62,495 nucleotides of DNA, filler included, from Rhabdomonas costata (GCA_019059605.1; 34 parts of 34 records of this genome joined end to end with filler, not necessarily neighbours in it); one strand, 5' to 3'; positions 38,445-51,197 are shown, numbered from the whole stretch's first letter. Numbers and translations: made by a program. Notes: generated by a model not told the origin, from the sequence alone.

Positions 38445-39693
38445 CTGCACACCAGTGTGCGTTGTCAACGGGGGAGATTCAGAGGAGTCAAGAAACCTCT
38501 GGCTGTTGGTGTTTGCGGCCACTTTTGCGGCACGTTCTCACGACCAGGGGAACCACCTCCTTAACCACCACACNNNNNNNNNNNNNNNNNNNNNNNNNNN
38601 NNNNNNNNNNNNNNNNNTTAATTAATTAANNNNNNNNNNNNNNNNNNNNNNNNNNNNNNNNNNNNNNNNNNNNCGCCACCGCCACCGCCACCGCCACCCA
38701 ACAGGTCTGACAGCGTTGACGGTTTGTCCTTCGCGGGGGTCGTTTGTCCATCTGGAGGTAGCTGAGAAGCTAAAACAGGGGGTGTTACGGGGGCGTCACA
38801 TCATTGCTTCATGGTGTTGGTGGTAATGGTTTGTGTTTGCTGACCTTGAGGTTCTTCTGTGCTGATGCGCGGCGCCTCCATCGGCTGGATACGTATTTTT
38901 TGAGTGAGGGGGGCGCTATATTGAACTGATCAGTCTCCCCCCTCCCTTCCCGGGGACTTGTTGATATTACCGCAGGCACCAACGTTTGAACAGTCAGTAA
39001 CCCAAAACCAGACGTTTTGAGACAACCCAAGCAACCCAAAAACTAATTGTGACTGTTTTCAGGCCATTTTATAAATGCCTTGGCCACTTCAGGCAGAGAG
39101 AAAGAACACCGGAAAAAACAGAATGTATGCACAAACCTATAAATCATGGCGCATGTCTGGCTCACCAGAAGCACCTCTGTGGCCACCTCACGCAGCCTGC
39201 AGAGTATAGTGCGAGGAGGGCAGCAACAGGGGGAAACTGATATCTCAAAAGGTGGGAAAAGGTGGGGAGAACAGCTCAGACTCTGACCCTGAGGTTTTTC
39301 CTCATCGAAGCCCTCGTCATGGGAAATGAGTCAAATAGGGATTGCAACACAGCCAAGTAACAGGATACAAACTAAGAGCAGCAAAACGCGTTGCGGGATT
39401 ATGGTAATGCGCCCACACAACAGCAAAAAATACTGCTGCCCAAAGGGGATCGCATTCAAGTGATCAGACAAAACTCCCACGGATCTTGGTCCTCTTCGAT
39501 GGAGCCAGCTAAGCGGGCTCAGAACCACGATGCGGGGTGAGTTGCGGGGTCGTGCACTCGCACAGATGACATAGTTGCGATTGTTTTTTTCCCTTTGCTC
39601 AGTGGAAGCCCACGAGGCGCTTTTAAAGGTGCAAAAGCACTGGGTCAGACAGTATGCTCACAAACTGAGAGCACAGCTGCCTGCACACAAACC

Positions 39694-39840
39694 GAGAGTC
39701 ACGGCTGCTGTAGCCCTGCAGCCTCTGCACCACAACTGGTCGCTCCGTGGTGTCCAGCACGACGTCCAAGCCGTGGTGGACAATCACAAGGTTGCGGGGC
39801 AGCGTCGCCAAGCGGGACAATACGGCAGGGCCGGCGATGC
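39694..39840 (-). CDS. Probable internal exon of an unknown gene
   Basis: tttcag|GIAGPAVLSRLATLPRNLVIVHHGLDVVLDTTERPVVVQRLQGYSSRDSR|gtttgt. Confidence 0.4.
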
Positions 39841-39845
39841 CTGAA

Positions 39846-39913
39846 ACCGCACCGCACCGCACCACACCACACCACACCACACCACACCACAACACCACAC
39901 CACACCACACCAC
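39846..39913. repeat. Pentanucleotide microsatellite (ACCGC)3(ACCAC)n
   Basis: Directly visible; abuts a minus-strand splice acceptor. Confidence 0.95.
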
Positions 39914-41020
39914 AAGCGACTCTGCTTTATCTGGAACGGCTGAAACGGCAAGGGCAGCGTTTCTACAGCTCAGCGCCTTCAGCGTTTCGACGTGCCAACG
40001 CTCTGCGTCGGTTTCAATACGGAATCACGGGCAAGCAATGCCAAAGCTTGATCTGCTTGATCGAGTTTGTTTCACTCGGGGGAAAAGCCAGATGTCGTGA
40101 AAACGGAAGTCCTCAAGCAACGGAAATATCAGTGGCTTCAAGATGGAAACCAAGATTGCACTGAGATTGCAAACGGTTCGGAAAGGGGAGAGGACACGCC
40201 AAAGGCTGGGTTGGTGGTCAAGCCCGCGACCAGCCGTCCGATAACATCATTACAAGGGATCAGCGTTGGAGCCCAGAACAGCAACAGCGGGTATTGGCTT
40301 AGCGTCACACCAAAGGTCGACGCCTACAAAGGAAAAGACGCCTACAAAGGAAAAGAAAAGAAAAGAAAAATGCAAAGTGGAGAATCAAGGACAAGTCACC
40401 AACACATCCCTGCNNNNNNNNNNNNNNNNNNNNNNNNNNNNNNNNNNNNNNNNNNNNTTAATTAATTAANNNNNNNNNNNNNNNNNNNNNNNNNNNNNNN
40501 NNNNNNNNNNNNNTGTGGTGGGTGTGGTTGGTTTTGGTGGTACCCATCAGCGCTTCACGGCCGACGAATTTTTTGTTCTGTGTTTGGGTGGGTCGGCGTG
40601 TGTGTTTCGTTCAGATTGTGTGTGAAGCCTGCGAAGTTTTACGCGTCAACTTTCGTGCCGTTTGTGTTGAGCACGCTCCGTTTTGTTTTGTTTGTGTGGT
40701 GGTTTAGACGTCAAAATGTTTTTTGAAGTCAAGGGTAGGGATGATGCTTGCAAAGGCATGGAGTACACGTAATTTTCGTTTTCGCGGTGATTTGAGTCGG
40801 AGGGAATTATGTGCCCGAAGCGAAATGTCCTCACGAACCGTTTTGTCCCCCTTTTATTTTTTCCGAAACGTGTGATTGATTCAGTAAAAGATGTTCGAGC
40901 AGAATCAAATTTTTTAGATCGAGGTGAGCTTCCACACTGGAAATTTTCAGACGACCGTGCCAGAGAGTTCCAAAAGCGGGTGCCTATCATGAATCCGGAG
41001 CCCAGTAACAATCGGTGATC

Positions 41021-41057
41021 TGGAATGGGAATGGGAATTGGAATGGGAATGGGAATC
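41021..41057. repeat. Hexanucleotide microsatellite (GGAATG/GGAATT) x6
   Basis: tggaatgggaatgggaattggaatgggaatgggaat. Confidence 0.9.
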
Positions 41058-41235
41058 AAGTTGGTAACAATCCTGCTAACCCTCCATCTGTGAGAATTTG
41101 GCTGATTGTGGCTGCTTAGAATAGGCTCCAGTTGCACTTGCTGACCGAAATCGGGAAGTCATTGAGATGTCTCCCTATCTCCTTTCGTATGGTGATGCCT
41201 TGTTCCTCTGTGTTTTCAGGAATATTGCCTTTTCA

Positions 41236-41968
41236 ATGTTTCGCCGCCTTCTCCGGCCAACCTTTGCTGTTGTAGCCGTGGGGGCGGCGCTTTCGTCCTC
41301 CTCCTCTTCTTCTTCCTCTCCCGAGTGTCTAGAGGCGGAGGAGTGCGCATTTGGTCGCCCTCTTCTGGCCCTGCAGTGGGCTCCTGCTGCTTCTGCCGTC
41401 CCTTCGCATTCCTCCGTGCGCAGACCCCTTCTTGCCTGGCTTCTCTCCAAAGGTGCCGGGTCCTTACCGCTTTCCCAGGACGAGGATGAAGAGGAAGAAG
41501 AAATCAAAGACGCTTCTGGAAGCGCGATTGAGTCACACACCGGGGGGTACTCCTCGCGGAACGTGGCCTTCTACGCCGTCGCTTCCACCGTGGGCGGGCG
41601 CAAGTACATGGAGGACGTCCACGAGCTGGTTCTCAAGGCCGCCACTCTGGATGCCGGGTGCTGCGACTGGCTCGCGGTGTTCGACGGTCATGGCGGAAGG
41701 CAATGTGCGGAGTATGCTAAGGCGCACCTACTGAAGGCCATCACCTCCTCCCAGCTCACCACCCACGGGGAGATGGTCAACGCGATTGTGAATGGGTTTG
41801 CGGAGGTGGAGTCCAAGTACTTCGAAGAGTGCGCCCACGAGCTGTACCCCAACGTAGACACGGTGGCACGGCAAAACCTGAAGCGCCACTTCCCCACTCA
41901 GACGCCGGGAAGCACCGCGCTGTGCATGCTGCTGTGCCCAAATAAACTTGTGGTGATGAACATGGGAG
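41236..41968 (+). CDS. Protein phosphatase 2C (PPM family), first coding exon with a mitochondrial-type presequence
   Basis: MFRRLLRPTFAVVAVGAAL N-terminus; motifs GGRKYMED, VFDGHGG, GSTA and VMNMG(D) ending at GGA G|gtattc. Confidence 0.92.
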
Positions 41969-42647
41969 GTATTCGATCTTTTGTGGCGCTGTGTGCAGTT
42001 GCTTGCCATTCTCTGTGTGCAGGAGAAGCCCCATTTGTGGACCGAAGGGCTGCTTTCGGTCTCGCCACACTCACTGTTGAGCTTTATCATGTGTCTGGAA
42101 CCGACCCTTCCATTCTTTCAGAATTTTATGATGGGATGAATTTATTGTGAGTATATTGGGGGAGCACTTGAAAGTGTGGTGAGATGGGGGGCGTACGCTG
42201 GCCTACAAAGTTGGCTCGTGATCGCCTACCCAACCCCCCCAAACACACCCACACNNNNNNNNNNNNNNNNNNNNNNNNNNNNNNNNNNNNNNNNNNNNTT
42301 AATTAATTAANNNNNNNNNNNNNNNNNNNNNNNNNNNNNNNNNNNNNNNNNNNNTTTGTGGGGGGACGGGGGGTTCCGGAATGTGGGAATGCGGTGGTTG
42401 TGGAAGGGCGGAATATAATTGAGCTTGGTCATTGAGGAAAGAGAGGGAAGGAAAGAGATGGTCGAATCCCGTAAAAAAAAAAGTAGGAATCAACGCAAGC
42501 AGACAAGCCACGCACACACTGAAACATATTCCCAAAAACATTGCAACGTGTTGCAGCCAAACGCTAAACGGGGTAAAAGCCATCCCACACTTTGCCCTTT
42601 GCCCTTTGCTCCCGACAAAAATGAGACGGGAGGGGAAAGCTGCATAC

Positions 42648-43560
42648 AGGAAGCACGGCGTGGTGGACGGCCAACAGGTACAACAGCAGCTGGGCCTGTG
42701 CATGGTGTGGAGCGACGGCGCACAGATCGCGCAGGACTTGCTCCTGCAGAGCGGGCCAGCCCCTCCCCCTCTCAGGGGATTCCGCTAAAGGAGCAAAGCG
42801 AAAAGGAAAACACACAACCCGAATGTAAGGGTGCATAAATCCCTCTTCTTCTTTTTTTTTTGCCGTTCTGGGGAGTCCCTGTATCACCCATTTTTCCTCG
42901 CCTGCCGGCCTCCAGACAATCGTTAACATTCGTCAGGGGTCACGGAAATGGGATGAGGGAGGGGGGGCTCGAAGCATCTACCTCTTCACTTTCACTACCC
43001 ACCGATATACCAACGGATCCACGCCAAAACATCAGCAGATGAAACTAAGTCGTGTCCACCCCCAAAAAAGCGCGCAACCGCAAACCGCTGCTGAGCGCTG
43101 AGGGTTTCTTTTGCTGCGGCTGCGGTGGCTGCTTGGCGCGAAGCAGGCCGCGGCCGGCAGACTCGATGGGCACCCCAAGGAGCTGCGCCGCTTCTAGCAG
43201 GCACTGTGAGGAGGCCAGGTTATTTCCCCGCTGCTGCTCCAGCAGCGCAGCCTCCCTGTTCGCCCCACCAGGTATGGGCCCCCGACCACCCAGTCTGGGG
43301 TCAAGGCATGATGCCGTCTGCATCATAGTCAGATGGTTATTCCAGGTTCACTCTAAACGCTTTCTCCCGCCAGCAGAACTGAAGAACATCATACTCACCG
43401 AGCCGCAGGAGACCAAAGGAGGGGTTCGGTTTCTGTAAACTTAAACGAGAGGCGTGTGGAGGTGCGTGGAGGGGTGTGACCGGAAGTAGAACGCTGCCTT
43501 CCTGGAGCAGCGCATCCGAGCACAAGACTTCGCCAGGTGGCACGCCAGGAAGACATGGTT
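42648..43560 (-). CDS. TRAPPC9/Trs120-like protein, partial (exons 43560-43481, 43255-43086, 42784-42648)
   Basis: Phase-compatible joins give RCSRKAAFYFR/EAALLEQ...CLLEAAQLLG.../..GRGWPALQEQVLRDL...LLYLL, like the RK.AF..R and GW..LQ..L.E motifs of TRAPPC9. Confidence 0.65.
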
Positions 43561-44195
43561 CTGAGCAAACCGTGCCGTGGAGTGGGGTGGGGGGCGAGGG
43601 TGGAGAGACGAAGCCGTCGCGACGCAGAATGTGAGAAAGTTCACAGAGGCCGAGCGGCAGCTGAAGAAACCGGATCCTATCTCAGCTTACCCCAACACAA
43701 ATTAGCACAAGACTAAATTCAAAGACAGATTCCACGCAACGGGGCGCGATGACAGGTCACACGCACACCCACACACACTTTGAGCACTTGGCAAAGGAGA
43801 TTTTTACGGGAAAACTCGCGTTCCTCTTCCTCCCTCGATGGGGCATGGGCCCATCGGGCTTCACCCCCTTCTCTGTCTTCTCTGTATGCCTCGCTGCCTC
43901 ACGTTACTCCCCCCTGCCTCGCAGGGTTGGTATCCCCCTCGAGACCTATGGTGTACGCGGGCCTTGGGAACCCCTACTGGCGCATTTGGAGTACTCTCCA
44001 CAGACAGGTCACACACGCAAACATGTGTGTATGTATACATACACACACACCGTGGCACTAAGCACCCGGGTCTGCTCGTAGACCTCACACACCACNNNNN
44101 NNNNNNNNNNNNNNNNNNNNNNNNNNNNNNNNNNNNNNNTTAATTAATTAANNNNNNNNNNNNNNNNNNNNNNNNNNNNNNNNNNNNNNNNNNNN

Positions 44196-45363
44196 CCAGA
44201 GAAAGTCGAAAATGTTTTCCTCTGTTGGCACTATTCTTTATGAGCATGGCTGACTGTTTGATCATTTTGCGTTAGCTGAGCAACGGATCAACCACATTGA
44301 TGATTTATTATTTGAAACCCGCTGCCTTTCATTTTGTTAAACGTTCAAAGTGATTGAAATCAATGCGTGAAAGAAAAGCTGAAATGACGAATTTGAGTAC
44401 TGTCACAGGAAGCGTTATTTTTGCACATCGCCCCCTGCCACAGATGCAGTTCTCGCCTGATTTAGCCCAAGTTGCGCTTTTGAAGTGCAGTTCCTTGAAT
44501 CATTTACCTCCGTTTATATTTGTTGTTTTCTGTTCGAACCACAGCAAAGCACCCTTGTGCTCGTGCTGTGTGTGTATGTGCAAATGACCCCAGGCCTGGT
44601 GGGCTTGGTCCTGTTCTCATTTGTTGGAAAGTGAATTGAAGCCTTTTCCCGTTAAACGCTCTCCCCGCAGATTTAGCGATGATCTCCACGGACGATTCTT
44701 TCCGCTTCCTCCCGGACTCCTTGGAGAACTTTGCCGCAATGATCCTCCAGGTCAAAACCGCGACGGACGCCCGGATCCTCCTGAGCAGCAAGCCCTCCGA
44801 TGACAAGACGGCCCAGCTCTATGAGATTGTGCTGGGGGGCTGGCGCAACTCCAAGTCCGCCATTCGCAAGGCCAAGCAGGGCTCCAACCTGGCCTACGTG
44901 GACTCCGTGGGTGTGCTGAGCAAGGATGAGTTCCGGCTGTTCTGGGTGTGCTGGGCCCACGGACGGATCTCTGTGGGCAAGGGCGACGCTGTCGGGCAGC
45001 AGGAGTTTATGGGTTATGAGGATCCCACGGCGACCTCGGTGCGACACGTGGCCCTATCGACGGGGCGGGAGTCGAGTGGTCTTTGGCAGATGCGCGGGTT
45101 CAAGACACTAGAAGGTACTGTACTTTTTGTCTAAGCAATGAGTTTCCTGATATCAACTCCTCGGTGCTCTGAGTCAGGCTCCGGAATTTTTTGCAACCGT
45201 TAGGGTGGAAACGTCTCCTTACCTAGATATCCTATAGCATATATGCTATATATAGCATGGCTCATTAGGCCGATGGCTCCGTTCTTATTTTCCAGAAAAA
45301 GTCGAAAATGTTTTCCTCTCTTGGCACTTGTCTTTATGAGCATGGCTGACTGCTTGAACATTT
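44196..45363 (+). repeat. ~70-bp diverged direct repeats (44196-~44267 and 45292-45363) flanking the FAMeT exon
   Basis: ccaga(g/a)aaagtcgaaaatgttttcctct(g/c)ttggcact..tctttatgagcatggctgactg.ttga.cattt, spacing 1096 bp. Confidence 0.92.
44671..45114 (+). CDS. Farnesoic-acid O-methyltransferase-like (Methyltransf_FA) domain encoded on a single exon
   Basis: VKTATDARILLS..YEIVLGGWRNSKSAIRK...VLSKDEFRLFWVCW..GRISVGKG..FMGYEDP...VALSTG..SGLW; ccgcag|AT ... GAA G|gtactg, 444 nt. Confidence 0.9.
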
Positions 45364-47998
45364 GTTTTGGTCAAAACGGCGGAGGGTTTATTGTGTTTGG
45401 TTTATTTGCCTTGGCTCTCTGGTGATTTCGGGTTGTTACGCTACCTTTTCTTTTCTTTGTAAGAAAATTTAAAAACGCACAAACATTAATTTATATTTTT
45501 TTAATTTATAAATTGTTTTAACGCTCTATTCCGTTTGCGAACTGTTGTTTGAATGGATTGGTGTTCCCCCAACAGTCAAAGCAACTGTCCTTGATGAAGC
45601 TTTTCACTTTAGTGCGCCCCTGGTCCACGATTTTCGAGCTGTGACAGCAGTGATTCTGCCCCATCTGTCTGCAATCCAGGTGGTCCATGGACTCCCGCCA
45701 TCTCTTCCGAATGGAAAGGGCGCCCCTAATTGCTTCGAACCCAATGCTTTGCCTTCTTTCTCCGTCGTATCGTTCCTTTCAGGACTTCCTCTGTCCGATT
45801 TTCGTCGGCATCTTCTGACTTAAACCACAGACACAGCCCGCGGGGCAGGTCTCAGTACCCAAATTGGTTAGCGGGGCACTGGCTATTATGCCCGATTGCG
45901 GATCTTTAGAAACTCAATCGGGCATAACACCCACCNNNNNNNNNNNNNNNNNNNNNNNNNNNNNNNNNNNNNNNNNNNNTTAATTAATTAANNNNNNNNN
46001 NNNNNNNNNNNNNNNNNNNNNNNNNNNNNNNNNNNCCTTTCCCTTTTGTTTGTGCTGATGGCTAAGAGAGGGAGGGAGAGGGAGTCAGGTGGAAGGTGGT
46101 TGGAGGGAAAACAGGAAGCGAGGCACCCTTTTCAAGGTCTGGACCATTTTTGCAGTCTGCGACGACACGGACATGGATATGCGCTGGGTAATCAATTAGA
46201 GCTCTTTCTAGACTAAACCTGCCTGGCTAATTTTGGAGGTTGGTTCCTTGACGGACTTTGGTGGATGGACTGTTCCGGCCGATTGAAATTAATTTTATAG
46301 CGGTCTTTCACCGTATAACGGCCTTATACTGCATAACGGCCAAATCGAGGCGTTTTTCCTCGTGAAACAGTGGCGTTCTGCTCTACAGCGCCGCTAAACT
46401 GTATAGCGGTATTGTACCACATTCTGCTAACCCCTTCCCCTCCCTCCCGATAGAAATGGCCCATGTTTTGCTTTGTTCTGTGGAGCGCCACCTCCCCCAA
46501 AAAGGCAGTGTGGGGCGTCACCACTGGACCGAACACTGACCTCCTTCTACTCCGGGGAAGAGAGGGTAGGTCTCCGGTTCTGTTTAGCTCGGTGATGGTT
46601 CCAAGCGAATGCATTCCTTCTCCCTCGGTTGCACACATACACTCATAGGGTTTTAGTACCTTTCCGGCATCTCTGCAGAAAATAGCTTGGAACGGACCTC
46701 GCCTCCTCTTCTCTCTTGTGCTCACCCCCTTCAACGTCGTCAGCTCCGTTCCACACACGCACACCCGCGCGCACGCACACCCATGTTTATAGAGGGGTTG
46801 GTAGTTGGGAGCAGCCGCGGCCGTGGGTGCAAGTTGGGCCGCTGGACTACTTCATCGGTCGCCTTCCAGACGCTCCTTTTTGCTTCTCGGGCTGTGGCCT
46901 TCTGCTCCGTTCCCCTCCCCCGCCACTTCAGTATTCGCAGCAGGAGCTCCGTGGTTCCCCGTGGGCTTCTGTGGCGGTTGTAAGTTCCACATCCGCACAG
47001 CCCTCTTTCACTGACTTCTCTGCACGATGGAGTCGTCTTTACTTTTGGACTCTTTGGTGGGATGGCGTGGTGTCGGGACATCTGACGCAGCGCATATTCT
47101 GTGGTCTCCGGGCTCCACCCGGAGCTCTCTCTCTGCTGGCTTTGGGGGTGGAGGGGACATAATTTCTGATTGTAAAAAAGGATAAAAACCACATTTATGG
47201 GTTTCAGATTGCACGAGCGAGAGAAAAAAAGGACTGAAATTACTGAGAATTGAGAATTTTCCGAGCCAAAGGAAAAAGTGAAGTCCATCTGGTCGTTGGT
47301 TTATCCTTTCTTACTCGATCAGGTCCCGATTTTGCCTTGGATGCGCCATAGCGGTGAGGACCGACAGCTTTTCCTGCGACTGTTGTGACGTTTCTGCTTT
47401 CTGGAGGGACATATGGGGTCCATGATATGATTGCGGACCTGTTACCGGTTCCAGCTCTTGGAAGCTTGATGATGCTCAGGCCTGAGTGGTTTCTATTTTA
47501 TCACATCGAGGAGTAGAAGGATGAGGAAATATCTTGAGTCATATGGGCGGAGGCGTCGAGACATACTTGGCGTCTAAAGTGCCTGGGTTCCGGCTCCAAT
47601 AGGGAGTTGAATCCATTTTGCTTTACACCCTGTTTTGCGGCCCAGTCCTGAGTCACTCGCTCCCCACACTTTACACCGAAGGCCATATTTTAATTCCTCT
47701 CCTACGGCCATCTCAAAGCAAATTCCATTCAAAAGGCACTCTTCCGTCATAAAAATACCGTTTAAGCCCACTCTGNNNNNNNNNNNNNNNNNNNNNNNNN
47801 NNNNNNNNNNNNNNNNNNNTTAATTAATTAANNNNNNNNNNNNNNNNNNNNNNNNNNNNNNNNNNNNNNNNNNNNGGTGTGCAGCCTATTATTCTTTCCC
47901 TTATCAACGTGAAAGTGAACTGTATAGAAAGCTCCCTAACAAAAAAAAGAGTGATTGTTAATTTGGGAAGGGTGCAATGGTTTGGATGCCTTCCTCAG

Positions 47999-49477
47999 GC
48001 TGTACCCGGAAGCTCTGCAAAAAGAGGTGCTGGCCTGGGAGGACTACTTTGACGAAGTTCTGGGTGCCCCGGTGCGGCAGCTAGCGTACGTGTACATTTT
48101 GAATCCAAAATTGCGGAGTATGCTTCTGCATACACCCTACTTTTGTTGTGTCTGTGTCTGAGGTCTCCCGCGTTCAAGCAAAGAGGAGGAAACTTTTGTC
48201 GGGCAACAACAGCAAGGGTTGTCTTCCATCATTTTTCATATCTTTAATGCTGACTGTGGGAACAAAATGTAGAAAGCCTGAAAGCCGGTAGACCGGGATT
48301 GAAGGTCTCCCGAGTGAAACGAGGTGGAAACCGATTGCTGAGGTGGAAACCGATGCCCAATTTGCAAGAACATAACCCATAGTGAACATTAGCACAAGTT
48401 GGGGGTGCATGCGAATGGTGGGATGAGCAAGTAAAATGTCCTCCCTCTCCCTCTCTCCTGTCCAGCAAACGGGTGATGTGCTGTATTCTACAGAGCGCTC
48501 AATGGAAATCTTCAGCTGCGGGGCCAGTTTGGTGGAGAAGGGCATGCTCCTCTACGAGTACGGGTTTATCAGTGGACAGATGGTGATTACGATGAAGATT
48601 CGCCCCGAGGCTGTCCCTGCGCTTCAGAAGGACATCTCCGAGGTCTTCGCCAATGTGGATGAGCTGCTCAAGGATGGCCGTCCCTTCCTTTTTGGTGTAC
48701 TTTCGGTTTCAGTTTTAGAATCTTACTCTGGTGCTTTTCACAAGTGTGCTCCTCACGGTGGAAAAACATCCCCTCTTCAAACCGGTCACTGTAGAACTTG
48801 AGGCCCATCGGAAGTTGGCGGAGGGGGGAGTGGCAACGCTTACCAGTAGTTAAAGAAAAATGCTTTGAAAAGATTTCCTTTTTTTTCTGCTAAATTAACA
48901 TCAAAATGGTTAGGTAACAAGTCAGCTTTCCCGAAATGACTTTACTTTTATGCAATGGGGTCGGGTAAATGGTATATTCTTTGCCAGCACTTTAGATGAG
49001 TGTTTTTGCTTTGTTGTTGAAAACTGCTGTTGGCTAAGGCCATGGCCCATGGCCGGGATATGGGTTGCTGAGTGAAGGCCATTCCACCACGCGGCCGGAG
49101 CGGGCGGCTAGAACGGAAACGTGAACTTGAGGGCCTTTGACGACCTTTCTAAAATATGCTCCATAGAGAAAATTGCTACCAGTAGTAACCGTTGCCCCCC
49201 TCTCCCCAACCTTGAGAGCACCCACTTGAGGGCCCTGATATTACCTGGGGCCAGGATACACTTGCCATTCGGCCACGTGAACCTGGAAAGGTGTTTAAGG
49301 GCCCTGAGATCTGTGTCTGCATGTCTGTAAATGGTAGGGGAACAAATGACGGCCGCGGACATCACTTTCGCCGCGCTATCCTCCCAACTGATTTGCCCCC
49401 CGGAGATGGCCACCTTTCACCCCGACCTGTCTCCGTTCATGCCCCCCGCAATGCAGCAGTGGGTCTCGGCCCTCCGC
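47999..49477 (+). CDS. Glutathione S-transferase family protein, partial (exons 47999-48117, 48494-48694, 49338-~49477); last exon disrupted by an inverted duplication
   Basis: LYPEAL..EVLAWEDYFDEVLG..VR..AY; VFANVDELLKDGRPFLF/GEQMTAADITFAAL..LICPPE is the GST C-terminal N-cap motif. Confidence 0.85.
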
Positions 49478-49522
49478 TGCATTGCGGGGGGCATGAACGG
49501 AGACAGGTCGGGGTGAAAGGTG
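49411..49522. repeat. Perfect 47-bp inverted duplication (arms 49411-49457 and 49476-49522)
   Basis: cacctttcaccccgacctgtctccgttcatgccccccgcaatgcagc and its exact reverse complement, 18-nt loop. Confidence 0.97.
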
Positions 49523-49774
49523 CCACACAGGTAATAAAGAGGTTAACAAACCCAAAGGAAATGGCATGACGTGCTGTCATGTTATCACGCATGCTACCGC
49601 GTGCACAAAACAAAANNNNNNNNNNNNNNNNNNNNNNNNNNNNNNNNNNNNNNNNNNNNTTAATTAATTAANNNNNNNNNNNNNNNNNNNNNNNNNNNNN
49701 NNNNNNNNNNNNNNNTGTTTTTTTGAATTTTTCGTTTTTTTTGGTTGTTTTTCCTAATTTCTCGCATGTTTTCG

Positions 49775-50170
49775 TAATTTGTCCGTTTTTCGACCCTGGA
49801 TTTTGCATTTTGTCCTTTACATTTGGTCCTTTTTAATTTTGTCCTTTTTTTGAATTTTGTCCTTTTTTAAGTTTGTCCTTTTCCTATTTGTCCTTTTTCG
49901 AATTTTGTCCTTTTTTGAATTTTGTCCTTTAATTTTGCATTTTGTCCTTTTTCAAACGTGTTTTATTTTTCAAAACGTGAATTTTTTTTCAAACTTTTTG
50001 CATTTCACATGGATTCTTAGGCATATTTGCCATCGTTTGGGAGAAAAAACGGGGCGATTTGGGAAGCAGGGTTCCCCCAGAGAAGGTTTCAACTGAGGGT
50101 ATGTTTTTGAAAAAGTCCCTGAATTATGTCCTTTTTTGAATTTTGTCGTTTTTGAATTTTGTCCTTTATT
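49775..50170. repeat. Degenerate tandem array of the (GAA)TTTTGTCCTTTTT motif
   Basis: About a dozen TTTGTCC cores at 49778-49950 and 50125-50167; may be subterminal repeats of a DNA transposon. Confidence 0.85.
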
Positions 50171-50447
50171 GGATTTTGGGCCGTTTTGATTTTGACAGGT
50201 CGGCTGGGTAACCGGAGCTTTTTGTTGTCGGCCGGGGCCCTCCCCCCGCCGACATTATGTCGCCGTCCCTGAAAAGGGACGTGGGCAAAAAGGTTATTCC
50301 TGCAAATGCCTCCTAACCTCATGCCAGACTCCCCGCCTTCGCAAAACTATACCCTATTGCCAGGGCCTGACGCCCGTCTAACACCTGTTAGATCCGTCTG
50401 TGCCTCATCCACCCTTTTGTTCGTCAGTCCTTTCGTTTCTTCTGCAG

Positions 50448-51197
50448 GGGCGGTACGCCGTGGGAAACGTCTTCCTCAACCCAGAGAGTGAGTCGCGAAG
50501 AAAGACCAAGGCAAAGTTTGAGCAGATTTGCCAGGAGTGCGGGCTTCATGTCCTCGGCTGGAGGTTGCTGTTTTGCACCCCAGACCTCCAAAACCTGCGT
50601 TCTGGCAAGCAGGGTTGATTGAACTTCCAACGTTGAATACTTTTCAACTGAGCGAATAGAGAATCGAACGTGCAGCCTTTCTCTGGCAAGGCACCTTGTT
50701 GGGGCACAGCGCATGGACAGCTGCTTTTTCTTGTCGTAGGTGGTGCATCCCCCCCCCCCCCGTTGCGCTTGCAGGCCCGTGCCGACCGAGAATTCCCACA
50801 TCGGGGCGGGAGCAAAGGTGTCTGAGCCAGCTATTCAGCAGATCTTCGTCACTGAGCTCGGCACCGCACCTCCAGGGGAGCAGGTGCTGAATGACTTATT
50901 TTGAAAAACCGCGAAATTCATGCTTGCTCGTAAAACGACGAGCATTACAAACAGGGTCACAAATCCGATGGACTTGACATTCTCTCCCCTTTTGCCTTTC
51001 CCTTGCTCTTGGCTTTTGTCAAAGGCCGTCCCTTACATTTTTTGGTGTGAACCCACTTGGGGGAGGGGGCGCATCCACAGACCAAGAAGAGGAAGCTCGG
51101 TCTCACCTTTGACCAGAAGCTCTACCTGGCGCGGAAGTGTGCCTCCAGGGAGATTCCATATGACGACGTCTTCTACGTGTGCTCGCTGTCCTCCAAG
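50448..51197 (+). CDS. GLT1: Glutamate synthase (GOGAT) large chain, amidotransferase domain, partial (exons 50448-50563, 50775-50883, 51081-51197)
   Basis: GRYAVGNVFL...GLHVLGWR/PVPTENSHIGAGAKVSEPAIQQIFV.../FDQKLYLARK...FYVCSLSSK. Confidence 0.92.

Noticed and set aside
40319-40354. 18-bp perfect tandem duplication (gacgcctacaaaggaaaa x2)
   Set aside because: Ordinary slippage in non-coding DNA.
49775-50170. CRISPR-like repeats
   Set aside because: Units are short, T-rich and irregular, with no unique spacers and no cas genes; the context is a eukaryotic intron.
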